A stretch of DNA of 64,000 nucleotides. It comes from Octopus vulgaris (taxonomy: Eukaryota). The first letter of the stretch is position 1; each line of letters opens with the position of its first letter. Both the position numbers and the translations under genes were made by a program. The notes beneath the pieces are model-generated. The model was not told where the DNA came from and made no database searches. It saw nothing but the letters and a program-made list of their open reading frames with translations. Below, in pieces: positions 25,468-37,619 of the stretch. The stretch covers positions 31,930,001 to 31,994,000 of the forward strand of contig OX597838.1 of NCBI GenBank assembly GCA_951406725.2. Direction: 5' to 3'.

Positions 25468-25766
25468 TCTTTATATATAAAAGTGAAGTTGTGTGTCTTT
25501 CTCCTACGATTTAGATTCCTAACTACTCCCACATTTTGCGGTGCAGTGTAACCAAAACTGGGTATCTTATAGTCGTGATTCATATTGAGCCCTTCTGGGT
25601 ATTAGCGCGCGTCTACGATGAGTCTACGATATAAAAAAAAATTTACCATAATTTTTTCCCATTTTTAATGCATTTTTTTGCTATTATATAAGGGAAGTAA
25701 CTCTCTAAAAATGCTTATATAGTTATTTCCCTTACAAACCCGAGCAACGCCAGGCGATACTGCTAG
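25468..25766 (+). mobile_element. Non-autonomous Helitron
   Basis: A|TCTTTATATAT ... CCCGAGCAACGCCAGG ... CTAG|T. Confidence 0.85.
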
Positions 25767-26093
25767 TGACATATAAAGAAAGTGAATTAAATGTGGATTC
25801 CTGGTTGGAAATCTTTTAATTTTTAATGGATTAAGGAGAAGGACTACCTGTGACCTTTACAGGGTCTCAAACTAGGCCCTCCCTTTTGTTGTCTCATAGG
25901 TGAATTTAATTGTTTATTCCTCATTCAATCTTAAATTAACTTAATCTTTGTTAATCTCGATAAATTACGTAATCCCCTTATAATCTTTATCGATCTAAAA
26001 GTTTGGTACTCAAAACAATTCCACCACGACCACCACTACTGCTGCTGCCTCTGTTCTGTCAGTGTTGTAATCTGTTCCTTTGTTTTTTTCTAG

Positions 26094-26181
26094 GATGTTC
26101 TTGTACCACGAGATCCACTGGGTACCGAAGGGGAGAACAAACAGATGGCCCTTCGTATTTTCTGCAGTGAACGTCCTCCTG
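26094..26181 (+). CDS. BLTP2: BLTP2 exon 8 in window
   Basis: ttctag acceptor, G|gtatgc donor; DVLVPRDPLGTEGENKQMALRIFCSERPP. Confidence 0.93.
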
Positions 26182-26959
26182 GTATGCATTTTAAAGAACT
26201 CTTTTACGGAAGTTCTATTGATTATTTGCAGTGAAGATTCCTGGGAGTGGGGGTTTTGTTTTCATCATTTCTGGGGTTTATTAATGTTTTCTTTTATATT
26301 AAAAAAAAGACAAAAAAAACTGTGGTTTTAAACGTTTCTAATTTAACCCCAGGAAGGGATTTGTGGTTAGCCATTTAAATTGGTCATTGATGAACGGTGG
26401 CTAGAAGCAGAAAACTTGGAAAGAAGAACAGCACCAACTTAATATCTGAGTGTTAAATTTAAGGAAGTCGGACTAAAATGTTGAACTAAAAGCATTTATT
26501 TCGGTCCTCTATGATCCGAGTTCAAATCCCAACATCGTCAGTTTATTTTAAATGGCGGTGCCCCAGCATGGCCACAGCTCATGAGCTGAAACTAGATAAA
26601 ATAAAAATAAAAATGTTGCCCTGTGTAGCACCACAACCTCTGGATTGTTCAGTTCGACACTTCCTTTTATGGATGTTTATACCACAAGTTATTTATACTG
26701 TCACACACACACACACACACACAGAGCTGGTATCCATATAGTTTTTGTCTACCAAATTTCACTGAGAAGACATTGTGGTCAACTTATAATTGTGGTAGAA
26801 GACCCTTCCTCAGAATATCACTCTGTAAAACTGAACTAGGAATGCTGTGGCTGCAGAGGAAACTTCTTAACCACACAGAACATAATGGCAACCTTCTATT
26901 CACTAGCGTAGCTAGAGTGTCTCCCACCCGGCATAGCCCTTCCATTTGCTACTCCTGGA

Positions 26960-27700
26960 CCCCACAAAAAAACACATATTGCCTACAACAGACCCAAAAG
27001 TTCCACCCCTACAAAAAAACCCATATTGCCTACAACAGACCCAAAAGTGCCACCCCTGCAAAAATACACGTATTGCCTACAACATACCCAAAAGTGCCAC
27101 CGCTACAAAAAAACACATATTGCCTACAACAGACCCAAAAGTGCCACCCCTACAAAAAAACCCATATTGCCTACAACAGACCCAAAAGTGCCACCCCTAC
27201 AAAAAACCCCATATTGCCTACAACAGACCTAAAAGTTCCACCCCTACAAAAAAACCCATATTGCCTACAACAGACCCAAAAGTGCTACCCCTACAAAAAA
27301 ACCCATGTTGCCTACAACATACCCATAAGTGCCACCGCTACAAAAAAACACATATTGCCTACAACAGACCCAAAAGTGCCACCCCTACAAAAAAACCCAT
27401 ATTGCCTACAACAGACCCAAAAGTGTCACCCCTACAAAAAACCCCATATTGCCTACAACAGACCCAAAAGTTCCACCCCTACAAAAAAACACATATTGCC
27501 TACAACAGACCCAAAAGTGCCACCCCTACAAAAAAACCCATATTGCCTACAACAGACCCAAAAGTGCCACCCCTACAAAAAAACCCATATTGCCTACAAC
27601 AGACCCAAAAGTTCCACCCCTACAAAAAAACACATATTGCCTACAACAGACCCAAAAGTGCCACCCCTACAAAAAAAACCCATATTGCCTACAAAAGTGC
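26960..27700 (+). repeat. 47-bp minisatellite, about 16 copies
   Basis: Unit AAAAAAACCCATATTGCCTACAACAGACCCAAAAGTGCCACCCCTAC; TATTGCC recurs at 26977, 27024, 27071 and so on. Confidence 0.95.
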
Positions 27701-27861
27701 CTCTGTCCCCAACTTATGTTAACTGTTTAAGACCGAACGTTTCTTTTGCACTCTCTGTTGTCATGAGATATTTCAGAGTCAAGGTTTGCTCCATCATCTG
27801 CCCCACCATCATCATTAATCGTCGTCATCATCATCATCATCTTGTTAATCTGATAATCTAA

Positions 27862-28053
<192 letters not shown>

Positions 28054-28189
28054 TAGTGTACCACAGTGACAACAACAATAGCAACAACTACGACCACTGC
28101 AGTCATTACACTGTCTACTAATTCTACTACTACCACCACCACCACAACAACAAAATACCATCATCATCATCATTATAACCGATACTATA

Positions 28190-28422
28190 AAGGCGGCGAG
28201 CTGGCAGAACTGTTAGCCCGCCGGGCGAAATGCGTTGCCGTATTTTGTCTGCTGTTACGTTCTGAGTTCAAATTCCGCCGAGTTCGACTTTGCCTTTCAT
28301 CCTTCCGGGGTCGATAAATTAAGTACCAGTTACGCACTGGGGTCGATGTAATCGACTTAATCCCTTTGTCTGTCCTTGTTTGTCTCCTCTGTGTTTAACC
28401 CCTTGTGGGTAGTAAAGAAATA
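28190..28422 (+). mobile_element. tRNA-SINE family B
   Basis: Full-length match to the 23819 copy. Confidence 0.88.
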
Positions 28423-28574
28423 TATTATCAAAATAACAACAACATCACAACTATCACCACCATCAACAACAACCGCACACCTAACAACACTACCACCACC
28501 ACCATCAAACGCATCATCACAACCACCACCACCACCACCACCATTAATGCAGTATCTGTGTCTGTTTGTTGTAG

Positions 28575-28708
28575 AGGTGGAATCGGACGATGGAGGTGGT
28601 TCAATGCGCCGTAAAACAGACAAAAGAAGCTCCATGAGAGAGAAGAGAGACACCTCAAAGAAGACAGCTTATGGCTCAACCTCCACTGATGACATTGACA
28701 AGATGAAG
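28575..28708 (+). CDS. BLTP2: BLTP2 exon 10 in window
   Basis: ttgtag acceptor, AAG|gtcaca donor; low-complexity linker ending in the conserved DDIDKMK. Confidence 0.9.
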
Positions 28709-28857
28709 GTCACACACTCTTTCTCAATCTCTCTCTCTCTCTCTCTCTCTCTCTATTTCCTTAGCTTTTATCTTCTTTCATTCTTTCTCTCTCCTCGTGT
28801 ATGTATCTCTCTGTCTACCCTATATCATCATCATCATCATCATCTGTCCATTCTTAA

Positions 28858-29079
28858 CCCTTTAGCATTTAAACCGGCCATATCCGGCCAAAAGTATTCT
28901 GCCTGTTTTATGTTCAAACTGGCCATATCTGGTCTCTCACACCAACCCTACAATATCGTTTTAAAAATCAACAGCTACCTCATCAAAATCTCATAGCTAC
29001 AAGATTAATGCATGATTAGTTCAAAACAATGTGGATGAAGAAGCATTAATTTTGGTAGAATAATGCAAACACTAAAGGT
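28858..29079. mobile_element. piggyBac-like MITE, second family; opposite-orientation copy at 52516-52736
   Basis: TTAA|CCCTTTAG termini with TTAA at both ends. Confidence 0.75.
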
Positions 29080-30742
29080 TTAATGCTGTCATGGGTTGGA
29101 AGAGTCATTACAGTTTGAGTCGGATCATATCTGGAGTTTTTTTTAACCTTCCCACACACTTTGAAGGACCATATCTCATTTGGTCATTTCAGTTTTGACT
29201 ATTATTCTCCCAGAACATTTACTTTTACTGCTAATTAGGTCACATCATCATCATCATCATCATTTAGCGTCCGCTTTCCATGCTAGCATGGGTTGGACGG
29301 TTCAACTGGGGTCTGTGAAGCCAGAAGGCTGCATCAGGCCCAGTCTGATCTGGCAGTGTTTCTACGGCTGGATGCCCTTCCTAACGCCAACCACTCCGTG
29401 AGTGTAGTGGGTGCTTTTTACGTGCCACCCGCACAGACGTGTCACCTAGACAACAAAAACTATTGACTAATTCTAGGGAACCTTCCAAGCATATAAGAGG
29501 ATTTATTTTCTGTGAGCTCTTAATGCTTATCACACCTGTGCACTTGGTGTTACCCTCCCTGTGATTCCACTCTACCTTTTGTGCATCCCATACTTTACTT
29601 TGGTTACTCCACAAGAAACCCTTTCTCTTTTTCCTGTGTATTAAGCATTATTATTTCCCTGGTGGCAGCAGGTTTCTGTCTCGTCTCATCATCATCATTT
29701 AATGTCTGCTTTCCATGCTGGCATGGGTTGGACGGCTTGACTGAAAACTTGCAAGCCAAGGGACTGCACCAGGTTCTAATCTGATTTGGCAAGGTTTCTA
29801 TGGCTGGATGCCCTTCCTAACGCCAACCACTCCACAAGTGTAGTGGATGTTTTTTTTACAGTGCATGGGATGCACAAAAGGTATAGTGGAATCACAGGTA
29901 GGCTAACACCAAGTGCACAGGTGTGATAAGCATTAAGAGCTCTCAGAAAATATATCCTCTTATATGCTTGGAAGGTTCCCTAGAATTGGTCAATAGTTTT
30001 TGTTGTCTAGGTGACCATTGGCATGACACTGGCATCGGCCACAACTACAATCTCACTTGGCTGGACAGGTCTACACAAGCACGGTGTGTCACCAAAGGTC
30101 TTGGTCAGTCACTTGTCACTCCCTTCATTAGGCCCAATGCTCAAACGGTGCTTTTTACATGCCACTGGCAAGGGTGCTAGTCGGGCGGCATTGGCATCGG
30201 CCACGATTATGGTTTCACTCGGTTCGACAGGTCTCCACAAGCGCAGCATTGGAGTGTCTGTAAGGTAGCAAACTGGTACAATTGTCAATTCAAATGGATA
30301 AAATGCTTAGCAGTATTTCGTCTGTCTTTACATTCTGAGTTCAAATTCTGCTGAGGTTTACTTTGCTTTTCATCCTTTTGGGGTCAATAAAATAAGCACC
30401 ATTTGAGCACTGGGGTCGATGTAATGAACTTAACTTCTTCCCCCAAATTGCTGGCCTTGTGCCAAATTTTGAAACCAATACTGGGGTGTTTGTAGGAGTT
30501 TACGTTGAGGTTCTCAATTCCAGGCTTCTCTTCCATATCTCCTATCTTTTGTCTTGTTCCATTCATTAGAGTGTGGCCATGCTGGGGCACCACCTTGAAG
30601 AATTTTTAGTCGAATGAATCGACCCCACTGCCATTTTCAGAGTCTGGTACTCATGCTATTGATTCTTTTGCTGAACTGCTAAGTAATGGGAATGTGAACA
30701 AACCAACACTGGTAGTCAAGTAGTGGTGAGAGACAGCACAAA

Positions 30743-30797
<55 letters not shown>

Positions 30798-31708
30798 GGG
30801 CTTCTTTCAGTTTCTGTTTGGCAAATCCACTTTGGTTGGGGTCTGAAGCTATAGTAGAAGGCACTTGCCCAAGATGCCACACAATGGGGCTGAACCCAGA
30901 ACCACATCTCTTTTGTAAATCTGCTACAGATTCAACTGTATGAAGAAGGTCCTCAGCAAATAGGGCTTCCCGTGGACAGCCAGTTTTTAAATTCTTTCTC
31001 TGTTACAGTTTGGAGGACTATAATTAAGAGAAGGGTTCCAAGTGTCAATGGATTACATTGTCTCAGTATTAAATTCACCTTGGAACACCTTGCTGACCCT
31101 CACCTGTACATGGCCTGGTCACTCTCACAAGCTATTTATGTGCCCCATGAGATTCCTTGGTGACCACCAGGTCACTGAGTGTGACACCCTTATCCAGGTC
31201 AACAAATGGCAGGCATAGGGACTTACTTGTAGCTCAGTATTTTGCTAGTTGTCTCACTGGGAATATTGCATCAGTAACCCTTCTCCCTGGCACCAAACCA
31301 AACTGCATCTCGTCCAGTTTAATTCTCTTCTTAATTAATTGCTGTTATAAGTCTTTCCATGACTTTCATTAGCCAGTTTAAAATTTTGATGACCCAATTA
31401 GTTATACACACACACACACGTGTATTTCTTTCTCTCCCTCTTTATTTGTGTGTGTGTGTGTGTGTGTATTTATATATGTGTATATGTATATATATATACA
31501 TATATAAAGTCTCTCTCAAAGACTTCTCCATCGGCACAGAGACTTGAGAGACACTTGCTGCCGACCACTCGTCCTGGCGCAGCGCAATCACCACAGGAGC
31601 AAAAACAGCTGCACCTCCGGTCTCATAGCAGCAATTCCACCAAATGATGTCAATGGTCATCTTCGAACCCGAAGCACGAACATTATTATTATCATTATAT
31701 ATACATAC

Positions 31709-32005
31709 AAGTCCCTATGCCTGCCGTTTGTTGACCTGGATAAGGGTGTCACACTCAGTGACCTGGTGGTCACCAAGGAATCTCATGGGGCACATAGTGT
31801 GACCGCGTGTGTACCGTTGGCGATTTTTTTTTCCTCCGTCTTCCCTTCTCTGGATCTTTCCTTTTCCTATGTTTCCGACGAAGTGCTCTGCTCAAAACGT
31901 AAAACCCTTCTTCTTCCCTTCCTTCCTGAGCGTCCAATAATACTATATTTGTTCCACGTCCTCGCGTCCTTGTGTTTTCTCTTTGTGTTTTCATGTTTGG
32001 ATTAA

Positions 32006-32008
<3 letters not shown>
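31709..32008 (+). mobile_element. Penelope-like relic with degenerate hammerhead-like motif; inverted 5' part at 31139-31225
   Basis: GTTT-CCGACGA-AGTGCTCTGCTC-AAAA-CG-TA-AAAC near 31871-31905; runs into (TA)n. Confidence 0.55.
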
Positions 32009-32078
<70 letters not shown>

Positions 32079-32223
32079 TACATTCGTACATATATGTGTA
32101 TATTTTTCTCTCTCTTTCTCTCTATTTGTGTGTCTGTATGCATGATATTATATGCATATCACAGCCTCCAGCCCGTCTCTATGTTGTCTGTGATGCTGAC
32201 GATGCAGTAATATTATCTTTCAG

Positions 32224-32295
32224 GAGAGAGCAGCCAACAACAACACATTTCTCTACATCAAAATACCTGAGGTGTCACTTAAAGTCAGCTACAAG
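32224..32295 (+). CDS. BLTP2: BLTP2 exon 11 in window
   Basis: tttcag acceptor, AAG|gtatag donor; ERAANNNTFLYIKIPEVSLKVSYK. Confidence 0.95.
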
Positions 32296-32909
32296 GTATA
32301 GTACCTTCACTTACTATCACCACCACCACTACCACCTCCTCCTCCTCTCTCTCTCTCTCATGCACACACCTTACATATCAAGTTAAATATCTATGCAGAT
32401 AATGTAGATAATAATTTTTAAAAAAATGTTTCTTGCACACCAGACATTTGCCATGTGACATTTCAAGGATGAAAGCATTTTCTTACTTCAGTAGATTTGA
32501 TCTCGTGACCTCTCTGCAAGACCTTCAATATTTTATCCACGCTGACATTTCCCCTCTGCAATAGTGGAATGCTTATTGTGAAGCACGTATGCACACACAC
32601 CCCACACACACCATTGTGTGTAATATAATTTATGTAAATATATTAGAATTTTTGCATCAACTGGTACACAGTATTGTGCATTTCTTTAAAGATTCTCTCT
32701 TCATACTACAGCAAATACAGTGAAGTCTATGCTTTGCTGAGGAGGTATAATAATATTGAAACATGTAGAGAATTATCTCCAATTTGATGCATAATTATTG
32801 CTGCTCCTACTTGTATTAAGCATTGTTTTACACCCGTGTGCCCCCTCCTGTTGCTAATCCTTACCTGTTTTTCACATGATGGATAGATTGAGACAAACAG
32901 ACAGACTCT

Positions 32910-33142
32910 AGGTGAGCGAGCTGGCAGAAACGTTAGCACGCCAGGTGAAATGCTTAGCAGTATTTTGTCTTCCGCTACGTTCTGAGTTCAAATTCCGCCA
33001 AGGTTGACTTTGCCTTTCATCCTTTCAGGGTCGATTAAATAAGTACCAGTTACGCACTGGGGTCGATATAATCGACTTAATCTGTTTGTCTGTTCTTGTT
33101 TGTCCCCTCTGTGTTTAGCCCCTTGTGGACAGTAACGAAAAA
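32910..33142 (+). mobile_element. tRNA-SINE family B
   Basis: Match to the family B consensus. Confidence 0.85.
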
Positions 33143-33228
33143 GAATAAAGAAACTGACAGACTCTATTTAACTGTAGAACTGCATAAATAATTCAAATGC
33201 CTGGAGTTTTGTGCATAGCACTCATCCA

Positions 33229-33572
33229 CTACTGTAGCTGGGGGGATGGGGCATAGGGACGGTCCACCTTGGGTGGCACTTTTAAAGGATTTGCTGTAGG
33301 CAATATGTGTCTTCTGTGGGGTTTGAGAGTGGCAGACGGAAAGGCCGCCCTGGGTAGCATTTTTAAAGGGACACCACTTTTGGGTCTGCTGTAGGCAATA
33401 TGTGCTTTTTGTGGGGTCTGAGGGTGGCAGATGGAAAGGCCGCCCTGGGTAGCACTTTTAAAGGGGCACCACTTTTGGGTCTGCTGTAGGCAATATGTGC
33501 TTTTTGTGGGGTCTAAGGGTAGCAGATGGAAGGGCCACCCCAGACGGCACACACTCTTGCTATGCTATACTG
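33229..33572 (-). mobile_element. MITE-like element with internal repeats, same family as the host of the 47-bp minisatellite
   Basis: Reverse complement contains CCCTTCCATCTGCTACC..GACCCCACAAAAAGCACATATTGCCTACAGCAGACCCAAAAGT, matching 26937-27002. Confidence 0.65.
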
Positions 33573-35204
33573 CACTCATCTAATTTATAAATTGTGAATT
33601 TCTCTTTATTTAGAAGAAAGTGTAATTCTTTTGAAATATTTCTAGCAAAATATCAGTGGAAGGTCACTTGTTAAGGCAATATTTTTCAAAATCTATTCAT
33701 TAAGCAACGAGAAAGAATAAAAGAAATATAATCAAATAAAATAGCAACCCCCCCCCACACACACACAATTGTATTGACGTAAATATTTGTCTTCATTCAT
33801 ATGCGTTTGGGTGTATATGGTGAACACTCTTGCATTGATTTCGGTACACTAGTGTTGAACGACTCAGTCAAACAACTAATGTTTGTGACTGCGTCTGCAC
33901 TTCAAACCAGCTTTACAGATTTACTAACAAAACCACACTTCTTGCACACATGAATAAAAAAAAAGTGTGCCTTTTGACTCTACCTACACAAATTCTGACC
34001 AAATTTGGGTAGATAGAGTCAAATGGCTCTTTGTATGTGTTCTTGAGATGCTCAAAATGTTTAATTCTTACCTGTAGTCACCTGATGAAAACAGGTTTAT
34101 TTTGCATAATGTAACACTTCTGTTCATCAATAAAAAACATATCTGAAACAGTTGTAGTGAATCATTGTCCACCTGTTGTTATTTGGTTACACACACACAC
34201 ACACACAATCTGTCACATGATCAGGCCCTTGGCAACTAAAGTAGCAACAGTACCAGGCTTATTTGGTATCTGTCAAAGTGTAGATTGAGCCAGTAGAGTT
34301 AACAGCCAACCCAACAGTTGGGAATGAGAGAAAGGCCCCTAGTCTTTGTTTAGACATCTCTCTGGGAAAAGGAAAACTCTGGTGTAACACTTGGTAGACT
34401 GGTTCGTTTTTTTGGGGGGGGGAGGGGCAAATGCAGATGTTGTTTGAGGAGTGGAATCGACACCCTACAAAGCTTCAGGCACAGCGTCACTTGATTTTTA
34501 GCATCTCCATTGTGTGTTACATAATATGGCTAACAAAATACTCATTGAAAAATTCCACAATGGACTGAAGGTATGTGTCACTCTGGGTGGTAAACTCGTT
34601 GAACACCTGCTGCAAGAGGTGCCCATCATTTTGTACATCTGTGCAAAAAAAAAGTGGAGAAGCCACATCCGTGATGCTTTAAGAGAACAATCAAGCAATA
34701 GGATTGTTTGAAACTGAGTTGCAGCTATCATAAAAGTACATGCGTGTGCATGTGCAACTGGCTTACATACTCATACCTAAATGTTTTGTAGAGCCAACCT
34801 TGACTACCTTGTTGTACTCATTGACTTGTTGTACTCTCTGAAATATTGTACTCACTCACTTGTGTGTATGTAAGTGTGTGCATGTGTGTGTGTGAAAACA
34901 TCTGTTTTATAATCACCACCCCCAACATAAAGACACCTCGGGGAATAAAACTGTTTTCATTTCAAATTCACGAAGCATGTTCTTCTCTGTTTGTCAAGTA
35001 ATACAATATATTGGAAACCGTCCCATTTCGCTCAAACTGTGCTGATGGAATCGGTTGGGAGTAATTTGAGGAATTTTAGCATAATAGAATTATATTGCAG
35101 TATAACATTTGACTGGCCTTTCTACCGGATGACATGAAGATTCAACTAACACAACTAATCATTGGCCCTTCAAAAGGTTGTTGACCTTAGAACACACACA
35201 CACA

Positions 35205-35405
35205 CACACTGTACACCATGTGTCATATACTACACCATTTATTTTTATATGTACATGCACACACACACACACACACTGTACACCCACCATGTCATATACT
35301 ACACCATTTATTTTTATATGTACATGCACACACACATACACATTGTACACCATGTGTCATATACTACACCATTTATTTTTATATGTACATGCACACACAC
35401 ACACA
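35205..35405 (+). repeat. About 67-bp tandem repeat x3
   Basis: TGTACACCATGTGTCATATACTACACCATTTATTTTTATATGTACATG(CA)n. Confidence 0.9.
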
Positions 35406-35731
35406 CGTACAATTTGTTTTGTGTGTGTGTGTTACACTTAGGCATGGTGATACTTAGTTAATATTTCACTCAGGTATAGTAATACTGATAACCTGGTGTT
35501 AAAACTCATTATACATATGCTTCAGAATAAAGCATCAGTTGAGTACAGAGCATAATATGTAAATTAAATAAATGACAACGAAACAGGAAATTATGCAATG
35601 CACTTCATTGGCTCACAGCTGTTTCTGCTATAAGATGCAGGGCACTTCATTTTTGAAGCTCCCAGGAAGCTGTAAGGTGATGCACAGTCACTCATCTCTG
35701 AGTGCACTGCATCTGTTCTTTTGTTATTTTT

Positions 35732-35766
<35 letters not shown>

Positions 35767-35984
35767 CCCCTTGATTAGTTTTGGTTTATAGTAAGAAAAA
35801 AAACAACCTCTCAGTTATATGGTGTGGTGAGGTTGTATAAATAAAATTTAATAAACAATCATAGCAGTTTTATGTTAGTATTATATTCGTGTGTGCATCT
35901 GTGTGCTCCCCCACCATACACACACACATTTGCTTTAACTGGTGTAGCTTTAAAACATTGTTGCTCTCTGTCATTGTTTGCCAG

Positions 35985-36125
35985 GGAGAGAAAGAGAAAA
36001 ACATTGAGGACCTTCATGACTGTAACCTGGTGTTACCAACCCTGGAGTACCACAACTGTATCTGGACATGGTTTGACCTTCTCATGTCTATGAAGAACGA
36101 CAGCAAGAAGATTCTACTGGCACAG
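35985..36125 (+). CDS. BLTP2: BLTP2 exon 12 in window
   Basis: tgccag acceptor, CAG|gtattg donor; GEKEKNIEDLHDCNLVLPTLEYHNCIWTWFDLLMSMKNDSKKILLAQ. Confidence 0.96.
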
Positions 36126-36314
36126 GTATTGCCGTTTTCACATTGCTGCTATGTCTACTCGGATGTATGGGAAGCTGTAGCTAACACATGTATGTGTGTG
36201 TGCATACATGCATGCATGTATTTATCTATCTGTGTGTGTGTGTGTGTAATCTAATCTTTTCCTATAACCATTGTTTTATTTCATCTCACTGTAAGCTGTT
36301 GCATTTCTTTTCAG

Positions 36315-36425
36315 GCCCTCCGTCAGAAGTTTCATGTACGGGCACGGGCCCCTAATGAAGTACACCTGACTGATGTACAACAAGAGGAAGACAAAGCTAA
36401 GATGCTGCTGGGAGCCAAGCTGCTG
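36315..36425 (+). CDS. BLTP2: BLTP2 exon 13 in window
   Basis: tttcag acceptor, CTG|gtgtgt donor; ALRQKFHVRARAPNEVHLTDVQQEEDKAKMLLGAKLL. Confidence 0.92.
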
Positions 36426-37415
36426 GTGTGTACTTTGCTTTTATTTATTATATAAAGAAAATACATATATATATATTTAAGTTTAATTTGTCAAAAAATA
36501 TTTTCGTCTCTATAAGACCGCAACCTATTCACTGACAAAAATTTGTGCTGCATCTCGGAGATGCAGCATGGATTTTTGTCAGTGAACAGGTAGTGGACAG
36601 CTACTGTCATCTAAGTGTCCTAATTAGCTGGAGTGAGTATGTTACTCATGTATAAACTGCAATGCTGCACTTTAATGAGACGTGGGCCCTGAGAGCAGAG
36701 GACCTGCAAGGATTATGAAGGGAAAGTAAAGCAAATATTCTCCACTGGTTGTGCAGAATCTGTGTCTATTAATGATACAGCACAAATGTGAGGAAAGCAA
36801 AACTGAACGTAAGAGAAATCAGATGTAACGTACAATAGAGAAAAGTGCATTGATATGAGGAGGAGATGCAGATATGGATGAGGATAGGTGAACAAAGAAG
36901 CGTTGATTGCTTTCAGTAGATAGAACCTGTGCAAGAGGGAGACCCAGGAAGATGTGTGATGAGGGGGTGAAGGCTGATCTCAAAATGTTGGTGTTTGGTC
37001 CTTTGTTGAGGAAACAGCAAAGGACCAAAATGATTGGCAATACCAGATGCTCAAGAATACCTGTCCAGTTATGCAAACCTGACTGAAAATCTGAAAGCAC
37101 AAATGGGTCACACATCAAATGTCTCTGACAAGTCTATAGCTTCTGCTTCCTGAAACCCGAAAGACATTTGCCTAAGGTGCCACTTAGCGGGAGTGAACCC
37201 AGCACCCCATGTTTGCAAAGTGAACTCCTTAACCTGCTTAATTGTTAGGAAGTTTGAATAAAGATATCATCTTATAAATCAATAAGCTAATGCCTCAAAT
37301 GGTCCGCTCATCCTAATCCTAATCTATTCAGTCAACCATTTTGAGACTTTAATCCAGGGTTTATTAATATTTCCCTTCCATTTCTAACTATTTCTTTTTC
37401 TTTCCTATTTTGCAG

Positions 37416-37469
37416 GCTGGTCAAGAAAAACCTGTCAAGAAGAGTTTGTTTGCAAAGCCCCCAAAATAA
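37416..37469 (+). CDS. BLTP2: BLTP2 terminal coding exon
   Basis: Long polypyrimidine tract plus ttgcag; AGQEKPVKKSLFAKPPK-TAA, like the basic KKSIF tail of KIAA0100. Confidence 0.88.
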   Translation, partial: AGQEKPVKKSLFAKPPK

Positions 37470-37564
37470 ATGACTGTTCCTTTTCTGGTATTGCTTTCTG
37501 CATATCAAAGTGTGTAGACACACTTTTGTACCGAAATGTATATATTATACATATATATACATAT

Positions 37565-37619
<55 letters not shown>

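Noticed and set aside
26773-27861. 362-aa ORF and overlapping 258-aa ORF with 47-aa periodicity
   Set aside because: Stop-free 47-bp minisatellite inside a BLTP2 intron; all three frames give the same cycling peptide.
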